Notes under the pieces: model-generated | Seen by the model: only the letters and a program-made list of their open reading frames with translations | The model's database searches: none | What the model was told of the DNA's origin: nothing | Source: Lama guanicoe | Taxonomy: Eukaryota | Assembly: GCA_013239625.1 (NCBI GenBank) | Contig: MU056050.1 | Span: 5,217,366-5,281,365 of the forward strand | Reading direction: 5' to 3' | DNA: 64,000 nucleotides | Part shown: one piece after another, positions 13,320-26,597 of the stretch | Numbering within the stretch: the first letter of the stretch is position 1 | Layout: the number at the start of each line of letters is the position of its first letter | Translations under genes and position numbers: made by a program

Positions 13320-13540
13320 TTTAATGTAGTAATTAAGAATAAGGACTGATGCAGACCTCCTGGATTCAAATCTCAACTCTATCTCTACTTACATAATATT
13401 TTATGCTTCTTGGTTCACATCTGAAAAACCATATAATAATAGTACACACCAGATAGAATTGTTGTGTGGATTAAAGGAGGCAATATAGCTGAAGTATTTA
13501 GAAGAGTGACATATAAAGACTGGTCATTATCATTGTTATA
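13320..13540 (+). mobile_element. MIR SINE remnant
   Basis: 'cctggattcaaatctcaactct...catctgaaaaa...ataataatagtac...ttgttgtgtggattaaa'. Confidence 0.65.
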
Positions 13541-14018
13541 AATGATGTAAAAGGTAGTACACTTCTTCTTTTGGAAAAAAGACACCTACATGACTTAGAA
13601 ATATATAGATGTTAAATAATGAGTATTTGATCTGAGATTCTTAAACTAGTTGAGGAAAATACAGTCTTGGTAATATAATGATTCTATGCTCATGCAACTG
13701 AGCATTTTATTGTTAATTTAGTTATCCTACAAAATATGAAAGAGACTTTGTTTCACTGTTTTATTTCCAGGATCTCAAACAGTGCCTAGTATACATGCAT
13801 TTTTGAAGGAATTTTGTCAAAATGTTTGTTTTTATTACATGTGAACAATGTAGATTTGTACATGTTATGTGTCTGGGGAGGATAACTTGAAAATCATTGA
13901 ACAGGTCTCAGAAGACTTTGATTCCAAAACTGGCTATGCTTTTCACTTTGTGTCTGTTTTTAAGTGAGTAGTGTAACTTCTCTAAGCCTCAGTTTCCCTA
14001 TCTGTAGAACTATCTATC

Positions 14019-14458
14019 TATATTAACCATGTTTCTAGATTCTGTATTGGCCATTTGACATCTATTATTCCCAACCTCTCCATAAGTCCGCTGGGTCACA
14101 GGGCCAGACTAATGACCAAAGTTGTTATTATCTTCACTGAAAAGTAGATTTCACAGAGTGATAAAGTCATATTACAGTTCCCCAACCAGTGACCCTGACC
14201 TGCCGGTTTCCCCTTATTAGCCAATAAGGGACATCTCCGCCTAGTTACTTCCTGCCACCATTGTCATAAAGGCAGAATCCCAGTTCCTCTGTCAACTTAC
14301 TGGGTCCTTCACGTGATAGGCTTTGTGTGGTCCTGCATGGCCTGCTGTGTGTGCCTCTCATTTCTGGGGGAACTGGTTTTTAAAAATCATCTTTCAGTGG
14401 GATTAGCCTCTCTATATCACTCAGTCACCTATATAAATTAAGATCCAGGTACAATACA
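14019..14458 (+). mobile_element. Probable ERVL solo LTR (MER74/MER73-like), inserted after a MIR core
   Basis: Begins 'tatattaaccatgtttctagattctgtatt...tttgacatct', like the recalled MER74 start. Follows MIR core 'ctctaagcctcagtttccctatctgta'. Family uncertain. Confidence 0.45.
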
Positions 14459-14764
14459 CAGCCCTCTGTTCTAAATATCCCAGGTGTATGTTTACAATTA
14501 CATGAGAACTGTAAGTACTTAATTAATGGGAAACAGCTATGTAAATGTAGCTTGCTCATCAAACACCTGTTTAACTAAATCCCCAATCAGAAATGTATAT
14601 TCCAATCTTTTTACATAACATAAAACAAAATTAATGACTTCTGAGACTTAATTCATATTTTTATGAATTTTTCTCATATATATTAAACATATGCTCAAAT
14701 CTCTTCAAAATTTAGTGATAGCAACCCTTTATTACTAATACTATAATAGTCATTATTTTATTAC

Positions 14765-14985
14765 ATTTTTTCAAAACTCAGTTTATTGAAGTATAATTTG
14801 CATATACTTAAGATCACTCTTTTTAAATGTAGTTTTATGACTTCTGACAAACACAAGAATGTAATCTTACAACCACAGCTGAGATATAGAACATTTTCAT
14901 CATCGTAAAACGTTCTCTCTGCTACTCTGTAGTCAGCCCTCTTTTTCATCCAGAGCCTCCATTTCTAGCCCCTGACAAGGACTGC
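14765..14985 (-). mobile_element. Old L1 (L1MB/L1ME-type) 3' end
   Basis: 'agtttattgaagtataatttgcatat...gagatatagaacattttcatcatc...ctctgtagtcagcc'. Confidence 0.75.
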
Positions 14986-16400
14986 CCTGCCTCAAGGGAT
15001 ACAATTTGTGTATCCCAGTCCATTTTGGAAAGGTCTGACTCTCTCTGGAATTCTGAACTCTTAGCTGCATTTGCCATGTTTGCCTTGTGACATCAACTCT
15101 TTGATGAGTTCAAGAAAATAAATGATATTTTAGAGTATTGACATTTTCTCATTTTTTATTGTGGTAGCAATGCTCCTTCTGCCTTATACATCCTACATGG
15201 AACTCAAACTATGTTACCTTTTGGACATACATTACCATGTTGGAAACAAATTATAATTTGTGGATTTGATTTGTACTTTGGTTTCAGATAGGGCAGGGTT
15301 AAAACGTAAGAATTTTTAAGCTAATTTAAAACCACATGAAATGGAAGAAATCTGTTCTTTCTTTTGGAAATCTGCAATTCTGTAGAAGATAAATAAGCAA
15401 TAAATCTAAATATTCCAAGTATTTCCCCATTCTCTATAAAATTTTTAAAATCATTGCCTATCAGCATATTTTTAAATCACTTAATGTCCATATTGAAAAT
15501 TATTCAATATTTTTTCTGTAAGTATACCAAACATGGAAAATATGTGTTTAGTTATAAAATGTAAAGTTACAGTTAATTTATGATAGTACTATAGGACCAT
15601 TCATTTAAAACTGTTTATGTAGGCATATCCCCACAGTGAGCTAACAGAAGTTAAAATATAATTTAGATAAAATGGGTTCCTGGTACTAAATTCAGGGCTT
15701 GTAATTCAGCATGTGCTTGTGAACTGTAAACATATTTTCTGGCTAAGACAATTGGACCAGTCACTTCTTCATTAAGCCTCAGCATTTTTATATCTAAAAG
15801 AAAGTTTGGGACTTGATTATCTCTTGAGAAACTTTCTAGTCTTAACAGTCTTTAGAGTTAATCTAAGGATGTAATTAGGTGAGTCTATCTGTAAAATTAG
15901 ACATAACCTTGATCTGCTGCTGCATCTTTTTTTGCTATAGATACTTGATTTCTAGGGATGTTGTGTGGGGAGAACAATTGTAAGAACTCTACCTGCCACT
16001 TCTTGACTTTATGAAAATCATGGAACTGAGCCTAGCAGCCATCCCTGAGGAAATAAAGCAGCTTGTATGACACTTTTCTGATTACTTCAGGCAAAGGAGT
16101 TATTTCCTAGCTCTGTAAGAAACACATGTTTACTTCAAAACAGAACAAAAATCTTGTTTATAGGACATTTTTTCTTCAACATGGATTTAGATTGTGCTAC
16201 TTCTGGTGAAATGAAAGAAAAAAAATGTTTTACCTTCACAGATGTACACATTTAATAGGCCAAGTAATAACAGAACTATCAAGCTAAGAATTTCCACTGC
16301 TTGGGATATTGAAAATAAAATCATTATTGAAAATCTTAGAAAAAAAGAACTACTAATGCTCATCCAGCTGAAACCGTCCGGGGCTTCTGGGGTTACTATT

Positions 16401-16752
16401 TGCTATGGGTTAAATGTCTCTGTGACCTCAAAATTCACAAACTGAAATTCCAATGCCAAATATGATGGTATTTGGAGGTAGAGCCTTTGGGAGATGCTTA
16501 AGTCATAAGGGTGGAGCCCTCATGAATGAGATCTGTGCTCCTATAAAAGAGGCCCCTCTGAGCTCACTGGACCCTTCCACCATGTGAGGACACAATGGCA
16601 GGTGTGGATCCTGAAAGAGGGCCCTCACCCAATCATTCTGGTACCTTGATTTCAGACTTCCAGCCTCCAGAACTGTGAGCAAGAAATTTCTATTTTTTAT
16701 ATGCCACCCAGTCTGTGTTATTTTGCTAGAGTAGCCAGAAGAGACTAAGACA
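16401..16752 (+). mobile_element. Complete MLT1A0-type MaLR solo LTR
   Basis: TG...CA termini (tgctatggg ... gactaagaca), perfect 5-bp TSD ctatt at 16396-16400 and 16753-16757, internal 'gacttccagcctccagaactgtgag'. Confidence 0.92.
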
Positions 16753-17369
16753 CTATTCAAACTTCAAACTGTAGGACCTGGTAAGAATTTAGAGACAAAC
16801 ACACTTTGTCTTTGCCTCTGGAAAGGGGCAGAATTTTCTCAAGGATGGGGATAGTATTTCTGACTGATATACTTGAATCAAAGAATGCTTTGAAGCTATG
16901 AGTACAAAACTGAAAGGAAGAAATAGATACTTTCCCTTATGAACTTTAGGGGAAGTCAAAGTTAGTACTTTTCATTTTTCTCTCTCTCCCACCATAATTC
17001 TGACATGAAATTTTCCAATCTCTACACTAAAGAAATTGAAATAAGTGCATTAGTCTTGTATGGGATGAAAGGTCATTGTAGCAGAAGAAAGCAAGCCTGT
17101 TGTGCCACATGCCACTCACGATTCAGCTGGAAAGAGTGCTTTCCCATAAGGTTGTTACTTAGAATTACAAGTGGTGATAGAATGTGTCAGTGGTGGTAAG
17201 TAACTCTGGATAATTCCAATTCCGAGACTCATATAAGTGATAATTAAATCAACATAAATTAACTAAGGTTTCTCCCTTAAGAATGGAAGAAGTAGCCTCT
17301 GAATTATTATGCATTACATTTTCTTGAGACTAGATACACTAAATGACTTTCATGATGACCAGAATTAAC

Positions 17370-17930
17370 AACTATAATAAGCCACTGTCATTCTTACTGA
17401 CAGACTCCATATGTTTGGGAATTTTCCACCTTATGATGCAGAATTTCCTCTTCTTACATAGAGTTAAAATGCCAGATACCCAGTTTTCCACATTCTCTTG
17501 CAGCTAGGGAGGAGGGACATTACAATATTGACAAATTATATCCACTCTCTCAGATTTTGAATGGGAAACGACAGGCTAGAAGAAGCAGGGCCACTGCAGA
17601 ACTGACTGTGGTGATGGTACAGTAGTGGCAGTGGGTACATCCAACGTCTGGAGCCTGGAGCGGCATCAGTTGTAGCAGTAGCATTAGTCATTGTTAGTGA
17701 CTGTAGCGAGTCGTGGTGTTTGTGGCCAGCAGCAATAACAATGTTATCTTTAGAAACCAAACACTGTGGCATTAATTGGAGCATATTTTCTGGCCACTAA
17801 GACTCTAAACCTGATTCTTCTGTCTTTCTGGAAATTCTTTAAACTTTTAGATGTCCTCAAAGATATTTTCTGCTTAAATTAATTAGAAGTGGCTTTTTGT
17901 TGTTTGAACCTAAAATCCCTGATGGATATA
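17370..17930 (+). mobile_element. LTR33/LTR16-like ERVL solo LTR
   Basis: 'ctcttgcagctaggg', 'cagattttgaatgggaa' and 3' end 'ttttctgcttaaattaattagaagtggctttttgttgtttgaacctaaaatccctgatggatata'. Confidence 0.6.
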
Positions 17931-18371
17931 ATAATCAGGAAGTAGAATTATCTGCTCTTAGTCCATACATACCACATTGCTGATATTTGAAAGTCTTACT
18001 ATACAGTTATTTAAATATGACTGATGGTGAATTTGGCCCTATATTATAATCCTTAATTGTAACTGTGCCTTTAACCATCCATTGCAGACTTTCTTTATGA
18101 ATTATCTACATGAATTGCATGTAAGACTGCACATGATAAATGATACGAAATGAAACCCATAATATTTGTAAGCTTTTTGATCTTAATAGTTAATCCACTT
18201 TAGATGTCTGGTCATGAATCTTCTCAGTCAATCTCTTTCTGAATCTCTCTTTTCTCTCCCTTATATTCTAAACTGTCAATTTTTTTATCAAACAAGTGTC
18301 AAGTAATCCTATACTCTTTCAAGAGTTGTGCTTAACACTACTAGTTCCAGGGAGCAGTACATATAAAGCTA

Positions 18372-18948
18372 TAGAGAGAGGAAGGAAGGAAGGGAGCAAA
18401 GGAGAGAGGGAGGAAGGGGAAGGAAGGAAGGAAGGAAGGGAAAGGATAGGAAAGGAAAAGAAAGAAGGAAGGAAGGAGGAAAAGAAAGGAAGGAAAGAAG
18501 AAAGCAAAAGAAAGAAGAAAAGAGAGGGTGGGAGGGAGGAAGGAAAGGAAGTAAGGAAGGAATGGAAGGAAAGAAAAGAAAAAAGAGGAAGGAATGAAGG
18601 GAAGGAATGGAAGGAAAGAAAAGAAAAAAGAGGAAGGAATGAAGGGAAGGAAAGAAGGAGGAGAAGAAAGAAAGAAGGGAAGGAAGGGAAAGGAAAGAAA
18701 AGGAAGGATGGAGGAAAAGAAAGAAAGGAAGGAAGGAAGAAAGAAAAAAGAAAAGGAGGGAGGGAGGAAGGAATGGAAAGGAAAGGAAAGAAAAAAGAGG
18801 AAGGAAGGAGGAGAAAAAAGAAAGAAAGAAAAAGAGAAAGAAAGGAAGGAAGGGAGGGAGGGAAAGGAAAGAGGGGAAGGAAGGAAGGAAAAGAAAGGAA
18901 AGGAAAGGAAAAAAGGAAGGGAGGAAGAAGAAAGAAACATGGAAGAAA
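18372..18948. repeat. ~580-bp polypurine (GGAA/GAAA-rich) low-complexity tract with an internal 45-bp tandem duplication
   Basis: Almost pure G/A on the + strand. Unit ggaaggaatggaaggaaagaaaagaaaaaagaggaaggaatgaag occurs twice from 18555. Confidence 0.97.
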
Positions 18949-19344
18949 CTGATTTATCTCTAGGTAAATTGTTGAAAATCACTGAAAATCAAAATAGTTT
19001 CTAACAAGAACATACATTAAACACAAACGTAATGTTGCCAATTACATGAGTACAGAAAGGGCCTCTTCTTAAATTTAAAAGCATTAGTTCTATCTGTTGA
19101 CACTGGTCTCTTCTCATCCTCTTTGTCTTACTGCAACTTCTAAAAGGAGTGTTACCTATTGCCAGTCCTGATTTAAAAAAATAATAATAATAAGGCTATT
19201 CTTGGCTTTCTATCAATCAGTGGCATACCCATGCTTTGGTGATATTGTTTGATTATAAACCCTGACCTAGCTCTTCTCCTAGTGAGGGCTCTGCAAAGCA
19301 TACTTCTCAAGCTACTCTAGGGGTGTGTCAATGCACCTGACTAA

Positions 19345-19550
19345 CCAAAATCCCAATTTCATCATCCATTTACTTGGTGCTCTCTACAAGTCCCTTGAGT
19401 TGCTATTTCCTCATTTTCTCATTTGTCAAATGGAGATAACAAAATCCCCCACATCGAAGGGTTATTTCAAGGATAAAATGAGATAATAGTTGTTAAAGTA
19501 TTCTAAAATTACTGAAAGCATTATGTAAATGTAAGACATTGCTATTACTA
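19345..19550 (+). mobile_element. MIR SINE remnant
   Basis: 'cctcattttctcatttgtcaaatggagataacaa...gggttatttcaaggataaaatgagataat'. Confidence 0.7.
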
Positions 19551-21789
19551 GAATTAATGAAGGTTTGTACTGAGGGAAAATGATGCAAATACAATGCAAC
19601 AGAACAACACTCCACCAACCCAAAACTACATACTACAATCATATACTCAGTGTGTGAAAAATTTGGAGACCTTCTGGCTTGGCTATAGCAAAACAAAAAC
19701 AAAAACAAAAACAAAGTCAAGGTACTTTAACTATTATTGGTGACTTTTTAGTTTACAGTTTTTTGTTGCTGTTTAGAAGTCGCAATTTGCTAAATGCAAG
19801 GCAGCACAAATCTACATAATTTGATCCACAAATACACACATATTTCTAGGGCTAATTGTTAGCCTACTAATATATACAAATTTGTACTTGTGATTGTAAA
19901 TTGATTATATAACCTAAGACTTAAATCGTCCTCTTACATATTACCATCAACTTATTTGAATCCTAACATTTATCACATACCAAAAATATTGCTTATTTAT
20001 CTGTTAGCTTTCCCAACAAACCACAAGATGCGTGATTATGGGGACTATGCTCGTCTTGCTCACCCAACATTAAATCTTTACTGCTTATTACAGTATCTGA
20101 AATATAGAAGATACTAGATAGATTTTAATGGAATGATGAGAGAACCAAATGAGTACTAGAATGCCTTTCTGCTGGGTGAGAAATTCCATGTTGAGGTTCA
20201 GATAAAAAAGGTTAAAGAATTTTAGATATAAGGTTTGATTTTTTTTAAAAGTCATCAACAGTCTTTTCTGTATGATCAAAAATTATCATAAGTTATAGTA
20301 GCATATGTGACATTGATTACTGTGATGACTGATACAAATTACTGAATGATTATGGAAACAATGAGATAGCAATCATAGTTGTGTTAATAGGTGTCTCATG
20401 AAAGAGATGACAGTTATGGTAAACTACTGGCAAAGATGGTGAAGAGAAATAGTAAGATGATGAAGTTTTGAGTAGGTGGAGAAATTACTGAAAGCTATAA
20501 ACAAAGCTCAGTAACATAATGAAAACAATGCAAACAAGATTATAAATGATAGCCCATAAGCCCCCAGCAAAGAAGCATAAAACTCAAAGGGTAAGCCCTG
20601 GGGTAGGAGAACGGACTGATGAGTATATTTGATTGAGTCAAAAGGCACACAGGAGAGCTATGAAACAATAAAAAAAAATCAAAATGTCTTTTGTCTATCA
20701 AAATAGAATAGAACATGAAAGAGACCTTACCTCAGTCAATTAAATCTACACTGAAAACTACCTCCTTTTTTTCTACAACCAAAACTGGGTACCATTAATG
20801 AACAATCCTTGCTTTGGATTATCTGTGAAGAGGCAGGTTTCTATGTGTTAGGATAAATGCCTGTGGCTAAAATAGAGTTATTAATAATGTATGAGTCTAT
20901 TAAAAATCAAAACTAATGCATGTTGGTGATTTTTCACTAAGCCCTTTTCCCTAAATCCTCTATTTCTAAAAGTTACTTTTTTTCTTTCTTTTTATGTCTA
21001 GGAGCAAGGAAAAGTACAAGGCATTTTAGAGTTGCTCCTAATGCCATGACTCAATACTATATAAATCTACGTGCATTTATTCATATCTCTCATATTAGTC
21101 AACAACCAACAAGCCAACAACTGTAAAATCAGTTTGGAATTCATAAAATGCTGGAAAAAAGACTTGATAAACTGGAATGATTCCCAGAATAACTGAGAAT
21201 TTGCTGAGGTCTATTAGGAAATTTTCTGTCATAATAAACTATAAACACATCATTTCTATTATTTATATCACCATCTAGTCTACAGTCTTAATGCAACATT
21301 ATATCAAATGTAGTCTTCAGCTTTATATGCTATTTTAAATTTCTCCCAGTAGATTTATTAAATAATTCAAATGGAGTGATACCAAGCAATGTTTGGTATT
21401 TAATGATTAAAAACAATTTCACAAGCCCCAATTCTCTTCTAATTATTTTTTACCTCATTTTTTTAACCACATATTTAATTTTTGAAAAATTCAGTATTAC
21501 TCCTTCCCTCCTTGTCAAGGTGTCCAATTCATTTTGAAGACAGAATGAGAAAATTCCTCACTTTTGTGTAGAAGGAGACTCAAATTACACATCTCATTTT
21601 GCACAGAACAGTAAGGAGGCAACATATGTCTTAGCAAGTATAAAAAACAGATCTATGGAGGTGGTGGGTGTCTCCCTGCCAAGCGATATGGAAGAATATT
21701 TGAGGGGACAATATGGCAGATAGGGAGCTATGCTGCCTTTTTGAATGCATTTCTGGGATATAATGAAGTACTTGAGAATTTTGCCAAAT

Positions 21790-22636
21790 ATCTGGCACAT
21801 GAAAAGATGTTCAATATCACTAATCAGCAAAGAAATCTAAATGAAAATCACAATGAAGTATCACCTCACATCTGTTAAAATAACAAATGTTAGACAGGAT
21901 GTGAAGAAAAGGGAACCCTTGTATACTGTTGGTAGGAAACAGTAACTGTTGGTAGGTAAACTGGTGCAGCCACTATAGAAAAACAATATGGAGGCTCCTC
22001 ATAAAATTAAAAATAGAACTACCATATGACCCAGCAATTCCACTCTTGCATATATTTCTGAAGAAAATGAAAACACCAATTTTGAAAAGATATATTCACT
22101 CCAATGTCCATAGCAGCATTATTTACAGTAGCCAAGATATGGAAGCCATGTAAGTGTCCATCAATAGATGAAGGGATAAAGACGACGTGATATAAATATA
22201 TATATATATAGTGGAGTATTAACCATAAAAAAGAATGAAATTCTGCCATTTAAACAACATGGATGGAACTAGAGAGTATTTTGCTTAGTAAAATAAGTCT
22301 GATAAAGACAACTATTCTATTTTATCACTTATATGTAAAGTCTTAAAAAATGAATATAAGTAAAACAGAAACAGGCTCAGAGAAACAGAGAACAGACTAG
22401 TGGTTACTGGTTGGGAGAGGGATGGTGGAGGGGCAAGAGAGGTATGGGTTTAAGAGATACAAACTACTATGTATAAAATAGATAAGCAACAAGGATATAT
22501 TGTGCTGCACAGAGAATTATAGCCATTGTTTTGTAATAACTTTAAATGGAGCATAATCTATAAAAATATTAAATCATTATGTTGTACCCTTGAAACTAAT
22601 ATAATGTTATAAATTAATTATACTTGAATTTTAAAA
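21790..22636 (+). mobile_element. LINE-1 3' fragment (ORF2 end plus 3' UTR)
   Basis: 'gcacatgaaaagatgttcaatatcactaat', 'gaactaccatatgacccagcaattccact', 3' UTR 'gatacaaactactatgtataaaatagataagcaacaagg'. Confidence 0.93.
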
Positions 22637-24002
22637 TATCCTAGAAATGAAATGTACAAATTCCACAGTTATAAGCTTAGCATTGTTGATCACACATTGA
22701 AATAGAAAAGCAGATAATGAGTTTCCGATATAGAAAGGTAGCCTAGGGTAAGATAAAGAATCATAAAAGATTTCAACAATCTGGATATCTGCAAGAAATC
22801 ATACTAGGCTAAAATCAGCTATGTGATGAATTCTTCCTTTAATTTACTGTTAATAGAAAATAATAACAATGGGAACTATTAATATGGACCTAATTCTGAC
22901 TATGAAATTAAAATGAGTTGCTTAAATTGAAATGAATAGTATTTGGGGGAGACAATGAGAACAAGGAATGATGGGGTAAAATGGACATGGTCAAATATGT
23001 ATCTTAGCCTTTAAAGAGGCAGAATGCAAAATTTATAATCTGTGGGTTGACTCTTAAAAGTGAATATAGATTAAGAAGACTTAAAATATCTTAAATATAA
23101 TTCTAAGTAAATAGTTATAAATGACACGGGTAAAGATAAGTAGTTTGTCTCTAAAAAACTGGTTGAAATTACATAGACTGCCCCTCCAGTAATGTTAAAC
23201 TAATAAGAATGGAATACTTTTGCTAGCATAGTCTAAAAAAAGTCTTCAAATAAAAAGTGACTCTTAAAAATATTCTAAGGGGAATAAAGGGGTCTACTAT
23301 ATTTATATTCAGAACATGTAAAAGAACAAATAAGATACATAGGGATTTGGTTTGGAGTGGGTGAGGTCATAAAAATAAATGACAGAAATAATACAAAACT
23401 GATCAATCTTAATATAACAGACATCTCTATTTAGAAGACTGATCATCAGACTGAAAATTGTGGAACAAACACTGACAAGAAGAAACTAAATCCTACAGTA
23501 TTTAGCATTGATTCCAAGACATCACATAGTTGCTTTACAGAAATCCAGGATCTCAGTTTACCAAAATAGTTCCCAGATGATATTGTCAAAGTACAGTTTA
23601 CAATATAGGAATCATGATAACTGGAAGAAGTGACAACAAATTTAAGTAATGAAATACAACACTATTTTTCTAAAAATCTGAAAGAAAGTACATCATGCAA
23701 TGGGTAGGTGAGTTTTATGTTAACTGTAAGAAAGATATCAGAATATGTATATATGCATTACTGGTTTTTAATTATTTAATACAATAAGGACTTTGTATTG
23801 GAAGTCAGTTATATCATAAAAACAGCATCCAGACATGTTGGGATGCCAGTAGCCAACCAGCAGGGAGAGAGGAAGGTGGACCGATTCACTCTCTAGGTCT
23901 GATCTCCATCAAAGGTAATGCATATTCCAAAAAGAGCCTCCAGAATTAAGTTCTAATTTGAACTGCCATCAATATCCAAAAGATCACAGTTAAATTACAT
24001 TG

Positions 24003-24248
24003 TGGCACGATATATTTAAAGTGATGCAAGGGGGAAACATACAACCAAGAAGACTCTATCCAGCAAGGCTCTTGGTCAGACTTGATGGAGAAATCAAAAG
24101 CTTCACAGATAAACAAAAGCTAAAAGATTTCAGCACCACCAAACCAGCTTTACAACAAATGTTAAAGAATCTTCTCTAGTCATCAAAGCCTAAGAAAAGA
24201 GAAAAAAAAGAAGAAAGAAAAAAAAAAAAAGAAAGAGACCTACAAAAG
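24003..24248 (+). mobile_element. LINE-1 ORF1 C-terminal fragment plus start of inter-ORF region
   Basis: 24003-24179 translates as WHDIFKVMQGGNIQPRRLYPARLLVRLDGEIKSFTDKQKLKDFSTTKPALQQMLKNLL*, the conserved L1 ORF1p C-terminus. Confidence 0.9.
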
Positions 24249-24526
24249 ATTGCTTTGGCTCTTTGGGGTCTTTCATGGTTCCTTACAGATTTTGGAATTG
24301 TTTGTTCTAGGTCTGTGAGGAATGTCGCGAGTATGTTGATGGGGGTTGCGTTGGATCTGTGGATTGCTTTGGGTAGTTTCTCCATTTTGATAGTGTTGAT
24401 TCTTCCAATCCAAGAGCACAAGAAATCTTTCCATTTCTTTGTGTCATTTCAGTTTTCAGAGTACAGGTAACCTCCTTGGTTAAGTTTATCTCTAGGTATT
24501 TTGTTGTTTTTGATGTAATGGAAATG
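24249..24526 (-). mobile_element. LINE-1 ORF2 internal fragment, inverted relative to the adjacent ORF1 piece
   Basis: ORF 24176..24421 (-) CSWIGRINTIKMEKLPKAIHRSNATPINI... is L1 ORF2. Confidence 0.9.
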
Positions 24527-24582
24527 TCTCTTCCAGTTATAAAATTCTGGGTTTTGAAGTGAAAAAAAAAAAGTGAATGAAG

Positions 24583-24772
24583 GGCTGCAAATGGTAAAAT
24601 ATCCTTCTTTTTTATGGGTGAGTTGTATTCATATTATATGTATACACACACACACTGCATCTCCATTATCTATTCAACTATTGATGTGCACTTAGGATGC
24701 TTCCGTATCTTGGCAACTGTAAATAATGTTGCTGGTAATAGCAGGGTATATGTATCTTTCTGAGTTAATTCT
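24583..24772 (-). mobile_element. LINE-1 ORF2 3'-end fragment
   Basis: 'gctgcaaatggtaaaatatccttcttttttatgg...cacttaggatgcttccgtatcttggcaactgtaaataatg'. Confidence 0.85.
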
Positions 24773-24884
24773 TCTTTTGTGGTTGGCTTTATTCCTTTGA
24801 TAAGTAAGATAAAATGCTAAAGCTCTAAACGTTCTTAGAAATGATGAACAGTACATATATGTAAATTAAAAAATATATGTGCAG

Positions 24885-25406
24885 TAAAAAAAAATGAGCT
24901 ATCAAGCCATGAAAGACATGGAAGAAACGTAAAAGAAATATTACTAAATGAAAGAAGCCAGTCTGACAAGGCTAGAAACTGTATGATTCAGACCAAATGA
25001 CATTCTGGAAAAGGCACAGCTACAGAAACAATAAAAAGATCACGGTTTCCAGGGGTTTGGGGAGAGGGAGGGAGGGAGGAATGAATAGATGGAGCACAAG
25101 GGATTTTTAGGGCAATGAAGTTATTCTGTATGATACTACAGTGGCTACATGTCATTATGCATTTGTCAAAACCCATAGAATGTACATCAAGAGTGAACCC
25201 TAATGTAAACTATGGACTTGGGTTCATAATAATGTCCATGTTGGTTCATTAATTGTACCAAATATGCCACACTGATGAGGGATATTGAGGAATAGGGGAG
25301 TATATATATATATATAGGTGGGGAGGGCTATGTGCGAACTCTGTATTTTCTGCTCAATTCTGTTGTGAACCTGAAACTGCTTTAAAAGAATAAAGACTAT
25401 TAAAAA
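24885..25406 (+). mobile_element. L1MC-type 3' end
   Basis: 'tgacattctggaaaaggca', 'aagagtgaaccctaatgtaaactatggactt', terminus 'tgtgaacctgaaactgctttaaaagaataaagactatt'. Confidence 0.85.
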
Positions 25407-25841
25407 TAATTATATTGAAGAGTCCAGCTTCTGGTTAAAAACTTATGAGTGATTTTTCAAGTCTGATCATAGACAATTACCTGGCAGGCCTTCAATGGGG
25501 GAAATCTGCCCTCCCCAAAACAGATTTGATGCACAGGCAAAGCATTGTAGACTCTGAAGGGTGCTGCAGTCAAATTCTCAGGCCCCTCTAGCTGGTCATG
25601 CTCTTCACTTATTTGCATTTTGAGCCCAGTCGCCTCTATTCCTATGTCTCCTTTTCGGAGGCCAAGGGCAGAGCTCCTTCTGCTAAGGCCTCCTCAAGTT
25701 GGGAGGGGAAGGGGGGAGAAACCTTTGAAGACACTTTCCCACACTGACTCAGCACCAAGTGCTTTTCCATTCCTAACCTTCCCCTGTTGGCTCCCCATGG
25801 CCCCAGGATTGATAAAACTGCTAGAGCCTTTCGTTAGAATC

Positions 25842-26597
25842 TGTTACTGGCTAAATAGTGCCCTTCAAATTCGTATGTCTATGCTGGAACCCCTAGTACC
25901 TAGGAATGTGACTTTGTTCAGAGATAAGGATTTTAAAGAGGTAATTAGGATAAGATGAGATCATATGGGTGGACCTTAATCCAATCTGATTGATGTCATT
26001 AAGAGGAGATTTGGATAAAGAAACTCCTAGAGGGAAGACCATGTAAAGATACCAGAGGAAGATGGCCTTAGAGAGAAACAACCCCTGCTGAGACCTTGGT
26101 CTCAAACTTCTGAACTCTCAAATGGCAAGGAAATGCTTTTCTGTTGTTTAGGACCCTCATTCTATGGTACTTTTTTATGGCTGCTATATTTATTTGTTAG
26201 GACTGCCATAACAAAATGACACAGACTGGGTGATTTAAACAACAGAAATTTATTTTATCACAATTCTGGAGGCTGGATTCCCCAGATCAACGTGTTGGCA
26301 GAGTTGGTTCCCCCTGAGTGCCTCTGTCCTTGGCTTATAGATGACTATCTTCTCCCTGTATCTTCACATGTTCTTCCTTTGTGTGTATGTGTGTCCTAAT
26401 CTCTTATAAGGACATCAGTCATATTGGATTAGGAAGTGTGAGCTCATTTTAATTTAATCACTTCTTTAAAGGTCCTGTTTCCAAATAAAGTCACATTCTG
26501 AGATACTGAGAGTTAGTTAGATCTTCAACATATGAATGCGGGCGGGGGAAGGTGGACACAATTCCATCTGTAACAGCAGCCCTATCAAACTCATGCA
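25842..26597 (+). mobile_element. MLT1B-type MaLR LTR (outer, interrupted at 26184/26576)
   Basis: Starts tgttactggctaaat. Its 3' tip 'gcagccctatcaaactcatgca' is displaced to 26576-26597. Confidence 0.75.
26185..26575 (-). mobile_element. MLT1B-type MaLR LTR (inner, inverted)
   Basis: 'ggactgccataacaaaatgacacagactgggtgatttaaacaacagaaatttatt' ... ends 'tgtaaca'. Flanks gctgc / gcagc (5-bp TSD, 1 mismatch). Confidence 0.85.

Noticed and set aside
18296..19004. Longest ORFs in the track (218, 213 and 136 aa; K/E/R/G-rich or F/S/L/P-rich)
   Set aside because: They are translations of the polypurine tract, which lacks stop codons by composition. Not genes
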